NCBI GenBank assembly: GCA_046598345.1
Contig: JBKJIT010000001.1
Span: 1-42,250, forward strand
Source: Minisyncoccia bacterium
Lineage (GTDB): Bacteria; Patescibacteriota; Minisyncoccia; Phycocordibacterales; UBA918
DNA length: 42,250 bases
Reading direction: 5' to 3'
Of this stretch, positions 18,882 to 28,491 are shown one piece after another. Each line of letters opens with the position of its first letter. Within the stretch, counting starts at the first letter, position 1. The translations under genes and the position numbers were made by a program. Under the pieces are notes generated by a model that was not told the DNA's origin, did not search any database, and was given only the letters and a program-made list of their open reading frames with translations.

Positions 18882-20282
18882 ATGCGTATACTCTTTGTCA
18901 CTCCGCATGTTGGCCGAAAGGACGATATGCGGTACGTGCGGACGTGGCAGATGGAGCCGTTAACCATTGCCACCCTCGCAGCATTGACGCCGGAAGATGT
19001 CGAAATTGAATATGTCGATGAACGTTTAGGCGAACACATCGACTATTCAAAAGAGATAGACTTAATGGTTGTCACTGTCGAAACTTATACGGCGAAACGA
19101 GCGTACGAAATCTGTGCTGAATCACGTAAGCATGGCTTGACCACTTTAATTGGTGGATACCATGTCATGCTTGCACCAGAAGAAGCACAGCTCTACGCAG
19201 ATTCGATCATGGTGGGGTTTGTCGAACCACTCTGGTTGCAAATAATATCGGATGCAAAAGCCGGAAAGTTGCAATCCAGGTACACGCAGGACCGTATCGT
19301 CTCGTACCCCTTTGTCACCCCACGGCGTGATATCTTCGGGCAAAGAGACTATTTCAACCTTCATTGTGTTGAGACTGGTCGTGGTTGTCCGCTTACGTGT
19401 GAGTTCTGCTCCATTACAGCGGCAACAAAAGCAACGTACCTTGCAAGACCTGTGGAAGGAGTCATTTCTGATATTCAATCCCTAAAAGGAAAGAATGTGT
19501 TTTTTGTTGAAGACAACTTTGTTGGAAACAAGAGACACGCCAAGAATTTGCTTCGTGAAGTTGCGAAGCTTGGCATCAACTGGGTTGGACAAGGAACTCT
19601 TAATATGGCTCACGATGAAGAACTGCTTGAGCTCATGAAGGAAAGCGGCTGTGCAGGTGTGCTGATTGGTTTTGAGTCGCTGAAAAAGGAAACTTTACTT
19701 GCGATGAATAAGCCGATTAACACTCGATTTGGAGGTTATGAAAACTCCATCAATCGACTGCACAAGTATGGTATTGCTCTTTATGGTACCTTTATTTTCG
19801 GGTATGACACTGAAGATGTGCAGGACATTCGGGATACAGTGGAGAAAGCGATTGACTACGGCATTTTTATGGCTGCGTTCAATCACCTGCTTCCGTTCCC
19901 GGGTACGCCCCTCTACAGTCGCCTTGAGAAAGAAAAGCGATTGGTCTACGATAAATGGTGGCTCTCTCCTGAATTTCGGTTCGGGGATGTACCATTCTAT
20001 CCAAAATCAATGTCACGCGAAGTACTCCATGAGGAATGTTTGCGGGCTCGTGAACGTTTCTACGGTGTTCCGTCAATTATTCGTCGGGGCTTGGGGAACA
20101 TCACGGGTAACTGTGGGTCAATAAAAAAAATTGGGGCTTATGCTTGGATAAACTATCTGCTTCGGCGAGAAGTTGCTGAAAAAGATGGCCTTCCTCTTGG
20201 GAATCTCCCAACCGTACCGAAACCACTACAAGAAAGGAAAGTAAGACATGAAGCGTTTCCTATTCGGATCAGAAGCGCATGA
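18882..20282 (+). CDS. Cobalamin-binding radical SAM enzyme 2
   Basis: PLTIATLAA, IGGYH, RGCPLTCEFC, EDNF, PFPGT. Confidence 0.93.
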   Translation: MRILFVTPHVGRKDDMRYVRTWQMEPLTIATLAALTPEDVEIEYVDERLGEHIDYSKEIDLMVVTVETYTAKRAYEICAESRKHGLTTLIGGYHVMLAPEEAQLYADSIMVGFVEPLWLQIISDAKAGKLQSRYTQDRIVSYPFVTPRRDIFGQRDYFNLHCVETGRGCPLTCEFCSITAATKATYLARPVEGVISDIQSLKGKNVFFVEDNFVGNKRHAKNLLREVAKLGINWVGQGTLNMAHDEELLELMKESGCAGVLIGFESLKKETLLAMNKPINTRFGGYENSINRLHKYGIALYGTFIFGYDTEDVQDIRDTVEKAIDYGIFMAAFNHLLPFPGTPLYSRLEKEKRLVYDKWWLSPEFRFGDVPFYPKSMSREVLHEECLRARERFYGVPSIIRRGLGNITGNCGSIKKIGAYAWINYLLRREVAEKDGLPLGNLPTVPKPLQERKVRHEAFPIRIRSA

Positions 20283-21318
20283 TGCGGCGTGCCGTGCCAT
20301 TCTTCGCAAAAATTCGATGGGAGAAAACATCGGGCTCTCGTTTCGACGGGAGCCTTCTTTTTTTCCAGCAGAAAAAATAGCCAATCTGTGGTCAGAGCTT
20401 GTTGTTCTAGAAGATGATGAGGTTGCCGACATTGTTGGCTTTGGAGTTCGGTCTGGGAGACTTTTTTGGTATCAGGGGCAAAGGATTGAGCTTGGCTACA
20501 TCAGTCAGCTTCGTCTACTCCCAAAATATCGAGGAGGACGTATTCTCTTTGATGGCTACAAAAAGTTCAAAGAGCTCCACGAAGGAGATCGTCAGGTTCC
20601 TTTTTATCTGACGACAATTCTTTCCGACAACGCGACCGCAAGAAGTCTACTTGAAAGTGGTAGAGCGGGGTTGCCAATATATCAACCGATAGCACAACTG
20701 TCCTCATGTTTCTTTTCAGCTCATAAGGTTAAGAAAGAATATGGGGACGTGCACGAAGTATCGGTTGAGGAAGTTCTTTTCAGTTACAACAATCATGCCA
20801 AGACGAGTGACCTAGCAACCTGTTACGGCGAAGATACTCGCTCGTGGCTTTCTCTAGTTGATCATGAAGCTTTCTCAGTCGAAGGAGGTACGTTTAGTGT
20901 AAAAGCACTTCTTGTAAACTTCTCAAGAGTAAAGCAGATTGTTGTCACCAGCTATTCAGGAACGTATAAGGCAATAACATTGGTGGTCAGGTTAGTGTCA
21001 TCAGTTCTTGGAGTTACCCCACCACCTGTTGTTGGGTCAGAGCTCACATGTCTCTATCCAATAGCAATAAGCTTACAAGGAGATAAGGAAAAAGGATTTG
21101 AAGCACTCCTTAACCTTGCAAGAGAAAAAGCGATTGATAAAAAACTACATGGGGTAGTTTGTGGGCTAAATTCTAACAGCCAGCTTGCGGTCCACGCAGA
21201 GAAAAAAGCTCTCAGCAATACCCGTAGCATTCTGTACGCTGTTGCATGGGACAAAAATCAGTTGCCAACGCTGAACATTGAGTCAAACAGTGTCAATGTT
21301 GAAGTCGGTACTTTATAG
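20248..21318 (+). CDS. GNAT-like acyltransferase-fold protein
   Basis: GYISQLRLLPKYRGG resembles GNAT motif A; translationally coupled to the radical SAM gene. Confidence 0.6.
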   Translation: MKRFLFGSEAHDAACRAILRKNSMGENIGLSFRREPSFFPAEKIANLWSELVVLEDDEVADIVGFGVRSGRLFWYQGQRIELGYISQLRLLPKYRGGRILFDGYKKFKELHEGDRQVPFYLTTILSDNATARSLLESGRAGLPIYQPIAQLSSCFFSAHKVKKEYGDVHEVSVEEVLFSYNNHAKTSDLATCYGEDTRSWLSLVDHEAFSVEGGTFSVKALLVNFSRVKQIVVTSYSGTYKAITLVVRLVSSVLGVTPPPVVGSELTCLYPIAISLQGDKEKGFEALLNLAREKAIDKKLHGVVCGLNSNSQLAVHAEKKALSNTRSILYAVAWDKNQLPTLNIESNSVNVEVGTL

Positions 21319-21341
21319 CCATTCTCGCGAATGGCTATTTC
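21315..21341 (+). terminator. Intra-operon hairpin
   Basis: ATAGCCATTC-TCGC-GAATGGCTAT followed by a short T run. Confidence 0.45.
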
Positions 21342-21395
21342 TATACTGATATGTTAAATTCCGGAAGGTCTGTTCATTGTCAAGGAGCACACATT

Positions 21396-22097
21396 GTGAG
21401 TAAAATCATTGGAACACTTGAGCCTGTTTGGTCATGTGGGCCAGAAATCAAGCAGGCTTGCTTTGAGCTACTGTCACGACATTTTCAAGGAGTGACATGG
21501 AAGCAATTCAATACTGATTTCCATGAGAAACAGTACGTTGCGCTCTTGAGGAAAAGTGAACGAATTGTCGGCTTCTCAACGATGACAATTCTCCCCATTT
21601 CTCTTTCAGAGAGTCACACCACGAACGTCGCCTTCTCTGGGGATACGATTGTTGAATTTGAGGACAGGAACACAACTGAATTAGGAAAGTCATTGGCTTC
21701 TTTCTTCCGTGAAGCAATTTCTGTTCATGGTGATGGAAATGTTTGGTATATACTCATCTCAAAAGGATGGCGTACATACAAAGCGATGGAATTCATGTTT
21801 CACCGCTTTGCACCACATTCTCATCAGAAACTTTCGGTCCAAGAAAAAGAAGTCATTGTTGGATTTGGAAAGGAAAAATATCCTTCTCGCTTTAATGAGA
21901 AAAGTCTGATCATTGAAGCGTTTGAGGGCGATCAAAAACTGCAACCAAATTCACCAGACCTGAAAGTCCCCCCTTCAGAACTGGGTACGTTTTTTATCGA
22001 ACGGAACCCGGGTTTCGCAAATGGTGACGAACTTGTGTGTGTGGCTCGGTTGTCCTACGACAATTTCACAGAAAGGTTCAAGCGATGTTTCAGATAA
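21396..22097 (+). CDS. Hypothetical protein, possibly GNAT-like, coupled to the GH3 gene
   Basis: GTG start with AAGGAG RBS; IVGFST, FSGDTIV, LISKGWRTY, RNPG...GDELVC. Confidence 0.65.
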   Translation: MSKIIGTLEPVWSCGPEIKQACFELLSRHFQGVTWKQFNTDFHEKQYVALLRKSERIVGFSTMTILPISLSESHTTNVAFSGDTIVEFEDRNTTELGKSLASFFREAISVHGDGNVWYILISKGWRTYKAMEFMFHRFAPHSHQKLSVQEKEVIVGFGKEKYPSRFNEKSLIIEAFEGDQKLQPNSPDLKVPPSELGTFFIERNPGFANGDELVCVARLSYDNFTERFKRCFR

Positions 22098-23530
22098 AAC
22101 TACTCGCATGCAATGTTCTGTTGTGGTTATCTCTCATACCGGCAACGGTACAGTATTTTTGTGCACTCGTTTACCCAGCACGTGCACAAAGAAAGGTTCT
22201 AAAATCTATCCTGAAAAGGATGGATTTGAGCGAAAGTAGCTTCAGAAACAGTAACGTTTCAATCTATGAGGACTACAGATCTCTCATAGAACAGATACGG
22301 CAGGATGGTGAGCATCCAACTTACCGGGATCAAGTAATACGCCTCTGTCCCACAAGTGGATCTTCAAGTAATAATAAACTGATTCCATACACACCTAGCC
22401 TAAAGCAGGCCTTCCAGAAAGGTGTATACCCTTGGGTGTTCTTTCTGTATCTTGTATTTCCCAAATTGTTTCTTCGGAAGCAGTACTGGTCTATCACCCC
22501 ACTTTTTGAAAATGGAAACTCATGGCCAAAAAGCAAGGTGACGATCGGATTTGAGAATGATGAGGACTATGTCGGAACTCTGCAGCGACTGATTACGAAA
22601 ACTGTATGGGTCGACACGCGCGATCTTGTCAAAGGAGGAACAGGCACGGAGCAGTTTCTTCTAAGACTAGCTCACAAGCTTCAAGAGGAGAAACATCTCG
22701 GTCTGGTATCTGTATGGAGCCCTAGCTTACTCGGACTCCTTGCACGCAGAAATCATCATTCTCTTCCGAAAGACCTTGTCATTAGCTCTTGGGCTCATGG
22801 ATTCTCAGAACGAGAAGCGAAAGATATAGCGAAGGAGCTCGGTGCAGTACTTCAACCTAAAGGACTACTCTCTACGGAAGCATGCGTCACTATTCCAATA
22901 GGAACGGAGACGTTCTTGCTTGCCTACAACTCGCATTATTTTGAGTTCAGAGAAGTTTCTGATGGGACTTTGTATACGCCCGACTTTCTTCTCGTAGGGC
23001 GCGAGTACGAAGTGATTGTGACTACTCAAAGTGGCTTTGTGCGGTATGCGACAGGTGACGTGATTCGGGTCACCAAACATGTCTTCGGGTTGCCCTCATG
23101 TGAGTTCGTTGGAAGAAGAGGGGTAGTTGATCTCTTCGGTGAAAAGCTGGATGAAATATCAGTGTCTCGTTGGGTGGGGGAAGTTTTGACTAGGCACTGT
23201 GTAGTAAGTCCATTTTGGTTTCTTTCCCCAACAAAAACAAATGGCAATACTGTTGCGTACACGCTCTTTATAAAAACAACAGTGGAAATTACAGAAAGAT
23301 TTGTGGCTGAGATTGATACTTGTTTGCGAAAGATCTGTCACTACGATCTGTGTCGCAATCTTGGTCAACTGCACCAAGTTCGCGTCTTTCTGGTCACTAA
23401 TGAATCACCTGAGCAAGTATTCATACAAAAGTGTGGAGAGGGTCGGACTGTGCGCGTTGGAGACGTCAAGATTCCACGCCTGCATAGTGGTATCGATTGG
23501 CATACGGAGTTCGAAGGAAAGTTTTTTTGA
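22085..23530 (+). CDS. GH3-family acyl-adenylating (amido)ligase
   Basis: PTSGSS...KLIPYT, STEA, YFEF, YEVIVTT.SG..RY.TGD, GEKL. Confidence 0.88.
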   Translation: MFQIKLLACNVLLWLSLIPATVQYFCALVYPARAQRKVLKSILKRMDLSESSFRNSNVSIYEDYRSLIEQIRQDGEHPTYRDQVIRLCPTSGSSSNNKLIPYTPSLKQAFQKGVYPWVFFLYLVFPKLFLRKQYWSITPLFENGNSWPKSKVTIGFENDEDYVGTLQRLITKTVWVDTRDLVKGGTGTEQFLLRLAHKLQEEKHLGLVSVWSPSLLGLLARRNHHSLPKDLVISSWAHGFSEREAKDIAKELGAVLQPKGLLSTEACVTIPIGTETFLLAYNSHYFEFREVSDGTLYTPDFLLVGREYEVIVTTQSGFVRYATGDVIRVTKHVFGLPSCEFVGRRGVVDLFGEKLDEISVSRWVGEVLTRHCVVSPFWFLSPTKTNGNTVAYTLFIKTTVEITERFVAEIDTCLRKICHYDLCRNLGQLHQVRVFLVTNESPEQVFIQKCGEGRTVRVGDVKIPRLHSGIDWHTEFEGKFF

Positions 23531-23563
23531 GGGGCTTAGTCACAAGACTTGGCCCCTTTTCTT

Positions 23564-24265
23564 TTAGTGTGAAAAGAAAGCTTCTGTATAAATATAATCT
23601 TCTTTAATTCCATTCTGTCGTAACCCATCCCACATATCACGTACAAATGAAATGGATCCGCAAATAAGATATTCGGCATGTTGCATCGATTGAAGATCTT
23701 TTGGAATAATTCTCCCCACCGTATATTCAATTGAGATATCTTTTTCTTGAGTTACATAATGGATAACCTTTAAACTTTGATTGTGTTTTGCAAGATCTTC
23801 CAGCTCATTTTTAAACAAGATAGTTTCTATTTTTGCATTACTATAATGAAGACACATTTCTCTTGTGGAGTTTTCTTTTAAAATATTTTTTATCATACTA
23901 ATTATCGGAGTTATCCCAATGCCAGCAGCAAGGAAAACAAGAGGGGTATTATTTTGTTCACTATAAAAATACCCATAAGGATCTGAAGCTTCGATGGTTT
24001 CGCCAACATTCATTGCGCATAAAAACTGAGAAAACTCCCCGATCGGTTTAATAGTTATCTCAATCGTCTCACTCCCCGGAATGCTTGAGATGCTATATGA
24101 CTTTCCTTCAAATGTGTGATTTTCAGGAATAAAGACATTGATATACTGCCCAGAAATAAATAGAGGAGAAACGCCATCAATGGACGCAAGTTCCAGGGTG
24201 ACCACATTAGCAGATTCATCCTTTTTTCGTACGATTTTATATATTCGTTTACTGGGCTGATGCAT
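23564..24265 (-). CDS. FAD/NAD(P)H ferredoxin-reductase-like oxidoreductase
   Basis: GQY, KSYSISS, GEFS, AAGIGITP, ICGS, EAF. Confidence 0.9.
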   Translation of the reverse strand: MHQPSKRIYKIVRKKDESANVVTLELASIDGVSPLFISGQYINVFIPENHTFEGKSYSISSIPGSETIEITIKPIGEFSQFLCAMNVGETIEASDPYGYFYSEQNNTPLVFLAAGIGITPIISMIKNILKENSTREMCLHYSNAKIETILFKNELEDLAKHNQSLKVIHYVTQEKDISIEYTVGRIIPKDLQSMQHAEYLICGSISFVRDMWDGLRQNGIKEDYIYTEAFFSH

Positions 24266-24704
24266 ACAAAGTTTCGTAATTTTTGATTGCCTCACGAAGC
24301 GCAAGATGACCGAGAACAGAACAGTGATACTTCCTGTCAGGTAAACCAACAAGTCGTTCTATTATTGCTTCCGGTGTAAGACGTTTCGCTCGAGACAAAT
24401 GCATGCCTCCATTTTCTGAAACCATTACAGACATCATAGATGTAGAAGCGATCGCTGAAGGGCAACCGAAAGTTCTCCACTTACATTCATAAATAGTATT
24501 TGTTTCTTCATGTACTTTTATCCAGACAGCCATCATGTCACCACATGTTGCGCTGCCGACAACCCCATAGCCGTCAGCCTCGTATTCTTTGTCGTTCATT
24601 ACACAATTTTGGGGGTTAAAGAAATGTTCTTTTACGCTCTCACTATAAAGCCATGCGTCATCATTATTTACTTCTATTTTACTTTTCTTAAAAAAGTTAA
24701 TCAT
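24249..24704 (-). CDS. iscU: Fe-S scaffold IscU/NifU-N
   Basis: YSE.V.EHF.NPQN, CGD, FGC..AIASTS, KYHCS. Confidence 0.92.
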   Translation of the reverse strand: MINFFKKSKIEVNNDDAWLYSESVKEHFFNPQNCVMNDKEYEADGYGVVGSATCGDMMAVWIKVHEETNTIYECKWRTFGCPSAIASTSMMSVMVSENGGMHLSRAKRLTPEAIIERLVGLPDRKYHCSVLGHLALREAIKNYETLYASAQ

Positions 24705-25903
24705 GTCATTACTGCTGCTGGCTTAACGAGTGGAGACATATTCGTAAGATTGTTTACAATCTTCGGGAACACAGCCAAAAAATAATCTAATTCTTCCGTA
24801 GTTGTATATCGACCAATTGAAATACGCAGACTACCATGTATAAGGTCTCCATCTTGCCCTATAGCAGAAAGCACATGAGATGGCTTCAAATCAAAAGCAG
24901 AACATGCTGATCCTGTCGAAACACACACACCTTCATGGTCTAACATAAGAAGCATCGATTCTCCTTCAATGTGAGGTACGGTGATATGGGTAACTGAGGG
25001 CACTAAAAATTTTTTGCTTCCATTGATAAGAAGCTGGGGAATTCTTTTTTGTAATTCTTCTCGTAAGTAGAGAGTAAGACCTTGTAGTCGTATATATTCG
25101 CTTGCCCTCTTTTCTTCAGCAATCTGAAGCGCGTACGCAAACCCAGCAATTAAAGGAACACTCTCAGTTCCTGCGCGCAGATTACTTTCTTGGCCCCCAC
25201 CTACAATAAGTGGAGCAAGTTTGATTCCTTTCTTTTTGTATAACATTCCAACACCATTTGGTCCGTACACCTTTGAACTGTTGAGCGTGAGGAGATCAAC
25301 ACTTAGATCAGTAACATTCACTGGAAGTAGCGTGATAGCCTGACATGCATCGGTGTGGAGGATCGGCAGGCTGTCTGTTTTTAGCGCTTTCAACTTTGAT
25401 GCAAGTTCAGCAACTGGTTGTATCGTACCAAGCTCATTATTTACGAGCATGATTGAAATGAGGATTGTTTCTTTTGTAATTAATTTCAAACATTTTTCCA
25501 CATCAAGAAGTCCCTGAGGGGTAACTGGGGCAATACTCACCTCAAACCCTTCTTTTGAAAGGGCGTGGGCTACCTCTATTATTGATTTATGCTCAATGTC
25601 TGAAATGATAATGTGTCTACCTTTATGCTTATACGCCCTGGCAGCACCAAAAATTGCTAAATTGTTAGCTTCAGTGCCAGAACCAGTAAAAGTAATTTCC
25701 CCTCTATTTGCTCCAATAATAGAAGCTATGGTGTCTCTTGCGCCCTCAATAACTTGTCTAGAGCGTCTACCCCGAATGTGAAGTGAAGATGGATTACCAT
25801 AAGGCGCTGAAAAAAAAGGCATCATAAATGATGTAACGGTTTCATCTATTGGAGTACTTGCGGCGTAATCAAGATATATTTCTTTAGAGCTGACTTTTTG
25901 CAT
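24701..25903 (-). CDS. iscS: Cysteine desulfurase IscS/NifS
   Basis: YLDYAASTP, GNPSS.H, HTDACQ, PLP Lys in SSKVYGP, STGSACS. Confidence 0.95.
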   Translation of the reverse strand: MQKVSSKEIYLDYAASTPIDETVTSFMMPFFSAPYGNPSSLHIRGRRSRQVIEGARDTIASIIGANRGEITFTGSGTEANNLAIFGAARAYKHKGRHIIISDIEHKSIIEVAHALSKEGFEVSIAPVTPQGLLDVEKCLKLITKETILISIMLVNNELGTIQPVAELASKLKALKTDSLPILHTDACQAITLLPVNVTDLSVDLLTLNSSKVYGPNGVGMLYKKKGIKLAPLIVGGGQESNLRAGTESVPLIAGFAYALQIAEEKRASEYIRLQGLTLYLREELQKRIPQLLINGSKKFLVPSVTHITVPHIEGESMLLMLDHEGVCVSTGSACSAFDLKPSHVLSAIGQDGDLIHGSLRISIGRYTTTEELDYFLAVFPKIVNNLTNMSPLVKPAAVMT

Positions 25904-25981
25904 TGTGCATCGTATTATAACAATTTCCGCTTTTAATTCTATAAAAAACTCCGCCAGTAGCGGAGTTGAGGGGCTTAAAGT

Positions 25982-26236
25982 CTAGGAATTTGCTATTATA
26001 CTAGTGAGCAACATGAGGAATGTGCATGGAAGTAAGGTGTAGGAATGGAAAAATTGCTCATCATTTTTTCCTCCCAAATTTGATTTTCGTTTGGTTAAGA
26101 GATACAGGCAGATAATGATTGTTACCCCTAATACAACTATAAAAGGGAAAGACATACCTACAAAAATAGCCAACAGGTAGAAAGGAAGAACAAAAATAAC
26201 TAACATTACCAACTCCTGTGTTCGGAACTTACTCAA
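25982..26236 (-). CDS. Small membrane protein
   Basis: 84 aa hydrophobic ORF, TTG start. Confidence 0.45.
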   Translation of the reverse strand: MSKFRTQELVMLVIFVLPFYLLAIFVGMSFPFIVVLGVTIIICLYLLTKRKSNLGGKNDEQFFHSYTLLPCTFLMLLTSIIANS

Positions 26237-26285
26237 TATAATACTCTATTACAGTTTTTGCTAGGATCTCGTGCTAGCACGACTT

Positions 26286-26415
26286 GGCGGAGGAGAGAAG
26301 ATTCGGCGTCAAGAAGTAATTCGCGTACGCTCATAACTTCTTCCTGCCCTCGGTTTGCTGGCTCGTTTCATTATGAATAGAAACTTACATCGCAAACCGT
26401 TCTCATCTCGCTCGC
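26286..26415 (-). repeat. tRNA-Ser-linked module: antisense T-arm, cassette A copy 2, degenerate tRNA 3' end with CCA
   Basis: Minus strand: GAGCGAGATGAGAAC (antisense T-arm) ... GGGCAGGAAGAAGTTATGAGCGTACGCGAATTACTTCTTGACGCC ... GAATCTTCTCTCCTCCGCCA. Confidence 0.8.
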
Positions 26416-26460
26416 AATAAATAAAACTGTCTGGGAAAAATCCAGACAGTTTTATTCAAG

Positions 26461-26547
26461 CGGAGGGAGCGAGATTCGAACTCGCGAGAGACTTTCGCCC
26501 CTAACAGTTTTCAAGACTGCCGCCTTCAACCACTCAGCCATCCCTCC
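26461..26547 (-). tRNA. tRNA-Ser(TGA)
   Basis: GGAGGGA acceptor, GCAGT-CTTGAAA-ACTGT anticodon arm, long variable arm, GTTCGAATC. Confidence 0.95.
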
Positions 26548-26615
26548 GTATAATTTGAATGCCCAACGATACTACCAGAAAACACAACCAAATCCAATGT
26601 GGTATGCTGTTTTCC

Positions 26616-26993
26616 ATGCGACTCATGGGTATTGATTACGGTTCGAAGCGCGTCGGTATTGCGCTCACCGACGACAAGGGAATGATGGCTTTTCCGCATG
26701 CGGTTCTTCCAAATACGCCAGAACTCGTGCGAGAACTCGAAAAACTGATTGCTGCGCAGCAGGTAGGAAAGATTGTCATCGGACATTCGCTTGACCGGGA
26801 GGGAAATGCAAACAAAATTCATGCGGAAGTAGAGGGACTTATGCTTGATCTCACCCTTGCAGTGGGTGTCCCGATTGAGCTTGAGCCAGAGCAATACACG
26901 ACGCAAGAGGCGAAGCAGATTCAAGGGAAGACGAGCATGACGGACGCCTCTGCCGCAGCCATTATATTAAATAGTTATTTGAGTAAGCAGTAA
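26616..26993 (+). CDS. ruvX: YqgF/RuvX pre-16S rRNA nuclease
   Basis: MRLMGIDYGSKRVGIA, E.YTT.EA, DASAAAIIL. Confidence 0.93.
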   Translation: MRLMGIDYGSKRVGIALTDDKGMMAFPHAVLPNTPELVRELEKLIAAQQVGKIVIGHSLDREGNANKIHAEVEGLMLDLTLAVGVPIELEPEQYTTQEAKQIQGKTSMTDASAAAIILNSYLSKQ

Positions 26994-27000
26994 ATAGGCC

Positions 27001-27327
27001 ATGATAGAGCACGATGATTTTTCAAAGGTAGAGATGCGGATTGGTGAGATCCTTTCTGTAGAAATAGTTCAAGGTGCCGATAAACTTCTCAAGCTCTCAG
27101 TTGATTTGGGCGAAGAACGGCCACGCCAAATCATCTCGGGTATTCGCGAATACTTTGAAGACCCACAAACGCTCGTGGGAAGACAGTGCCCCTTTGTAAC
27201 AAACCTTGCCCCAAGAGTCATTCGAGGGCTTGAAAGTGAGGGCATGATTCTAGCGGGAAGCCACGAGACAATCCTTGCTCTCCTTCATCCGCATCAACAC
27301 GTACCGAATGGCACGAAACTCAGGTAG
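27001..27327 (+). CDS. Stand-alone tRNA-binding OB domain (MetRS C-terminal/Trbp111-like)
   Basis: DFSKVEMRIG, ADKLLKL.VDLG, NLAPR..RG.ESEGM. Confidence 0.9.
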   Translation: MIEHDDFSKVEMRIGEILSVEIVQGADKLLKLSVDLGEERPRQIISGIREYFEDPQTLVGRQCPFVTNLAPRVIRGLESEGMILAGSHETILALLHPHQHVPNGTKLR

Positions 27328-27390
27328 TCTTTTAACAGACATACGCACATTTTTTTATGGAACCCCGTATAATGAGGGTATCATTTACAT

Positions 27391-28491
27391 ATGGGCGTTC
27401 TTTCGACATTACAACACATTTCCCCGCCACCTCGGTACATGTCATTTCCGAGTGTCGGAGTTGATATTTCAGACACTTCCCTCAAGTATGTGCAATTTGA
27501 ACGAAAGCACTCGCACGACAAGGAGCTTTCCCTTAAGGAGTGGGGAGATTTGAGCATACAAGAGGGAAGTCTCGAGCGGGGTAATGTGAAAGATATTGAA
27601 CCGCTCGTAACGGCGCTGAAAGACGTTAAGAAGAAATGTGACGCTGAGTACGTGCGTATCTCACTTCCCGAAGAACGCGCGTATCTCTTTGAGACAACGA
27701 TAAAACACGGCACGCCGACCAAAGAGGTACGCGAGCAAATTGAGTTCAAACTTGAGGAGAACGTACCGCTCTCCCCTCAGGATGCATATTTTGATTACCA
27801 CGTAGTAGGACTCGAACGGGAAACTGGAGATTTTCGCACTGCGGTAGCGGTGTATTCAAGGGAGACGATTGATGCCTATACGGAAGCTTGCATGCGTGCC
27901 AAAGTAATTCCGCTTTCGTTTGAGATTGAGGCTGAGGCAATTGCACGAGCATCGATATCTAAGAATCTCACTGGCACATTCATGATCGTTGATTTTGGAA
28001 AGTCGCGTACGGGAGTTGGCATTGTGCACAATGGGTCTCTCATGTACACCTCAACCATTGAGGTGAGCGGGCAGGGAATGAGCACCGCGCTTCGCGGTGT
28101 CGTAGGAGAAATTCCTGAATCCGAGCTCACCATCATAAAAAATACGAAGGGGCTCCACAATACCCCAGAAGACGCCAAAATCTACAAAGTCTTTAAGGAC
28201 TCAATTCAAGCACTTGCTGATGAGCTCGATATTCGCATCCAGTACTGGAATAGTCGCGATATTGAGGATGAGAACCATGGAATAAGTCGCGTGATTCTTT
28301 GCGGTGGAAGCGTCAATTTACTTGGTCTTCCTGAATACCTAAGCGATGCCCTGAAGATTTCTACTGAGCGCGCACAAGTGTGGCAAAACGCGTTTTCTCT
28401 CGAGCATTTCATTCCTCCGATTACGGAACGGTATTCGTATGGATATGCGACTGCTATTGGACTCGCACTTTCAGGATACACGCACATATGA
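27391..28491 (+). CDS. pilM: Type IV pilus assembly protein PilM
   Basis: GVDISDTSLK, VDFGKSRT, LCGG, ATAIGLAL actin-like fold. Confidence 0.9.
   Translation: MGVLSTLQHISPPPRYMSFPSVGVDISDTSLKYVQFERKHSHDKELSLKEWGDLSIQEGSLERGNVKDIEPLVTALKDVKKKCDAEYVRISLPEERAYLFETTIKHGTPTKEVREQIEFKLEENVPLSPQDAYFDYHVVGLERETGDFRTAVAVYSRETIDAYTEACMRAKVIPLSFEIEAEAIARASISKNLTGTFMIVDFGKSRTGVGIVHNGSLMYTSTIEVSGQGMSTALRGVVGEIPESELTIIKNTKGLHNTPEDAKIYKVFKDSIQALADELDIRIQYWNSRDIEDENHGISRVILCGGSVNLLGLPEYLSDALKISTERAQVWQNAFSLEHFIPPITERYSYGYATAIGLALSGYTHI

Noticed and set aside
17377-26236. RiPP interpretation of the radical SAM cluster
   Set aside because: No precursor peptide, RRE/SPASM domain, peptidase or exporter is visible, and the companion enzymes point to lipid or acyl substrates.
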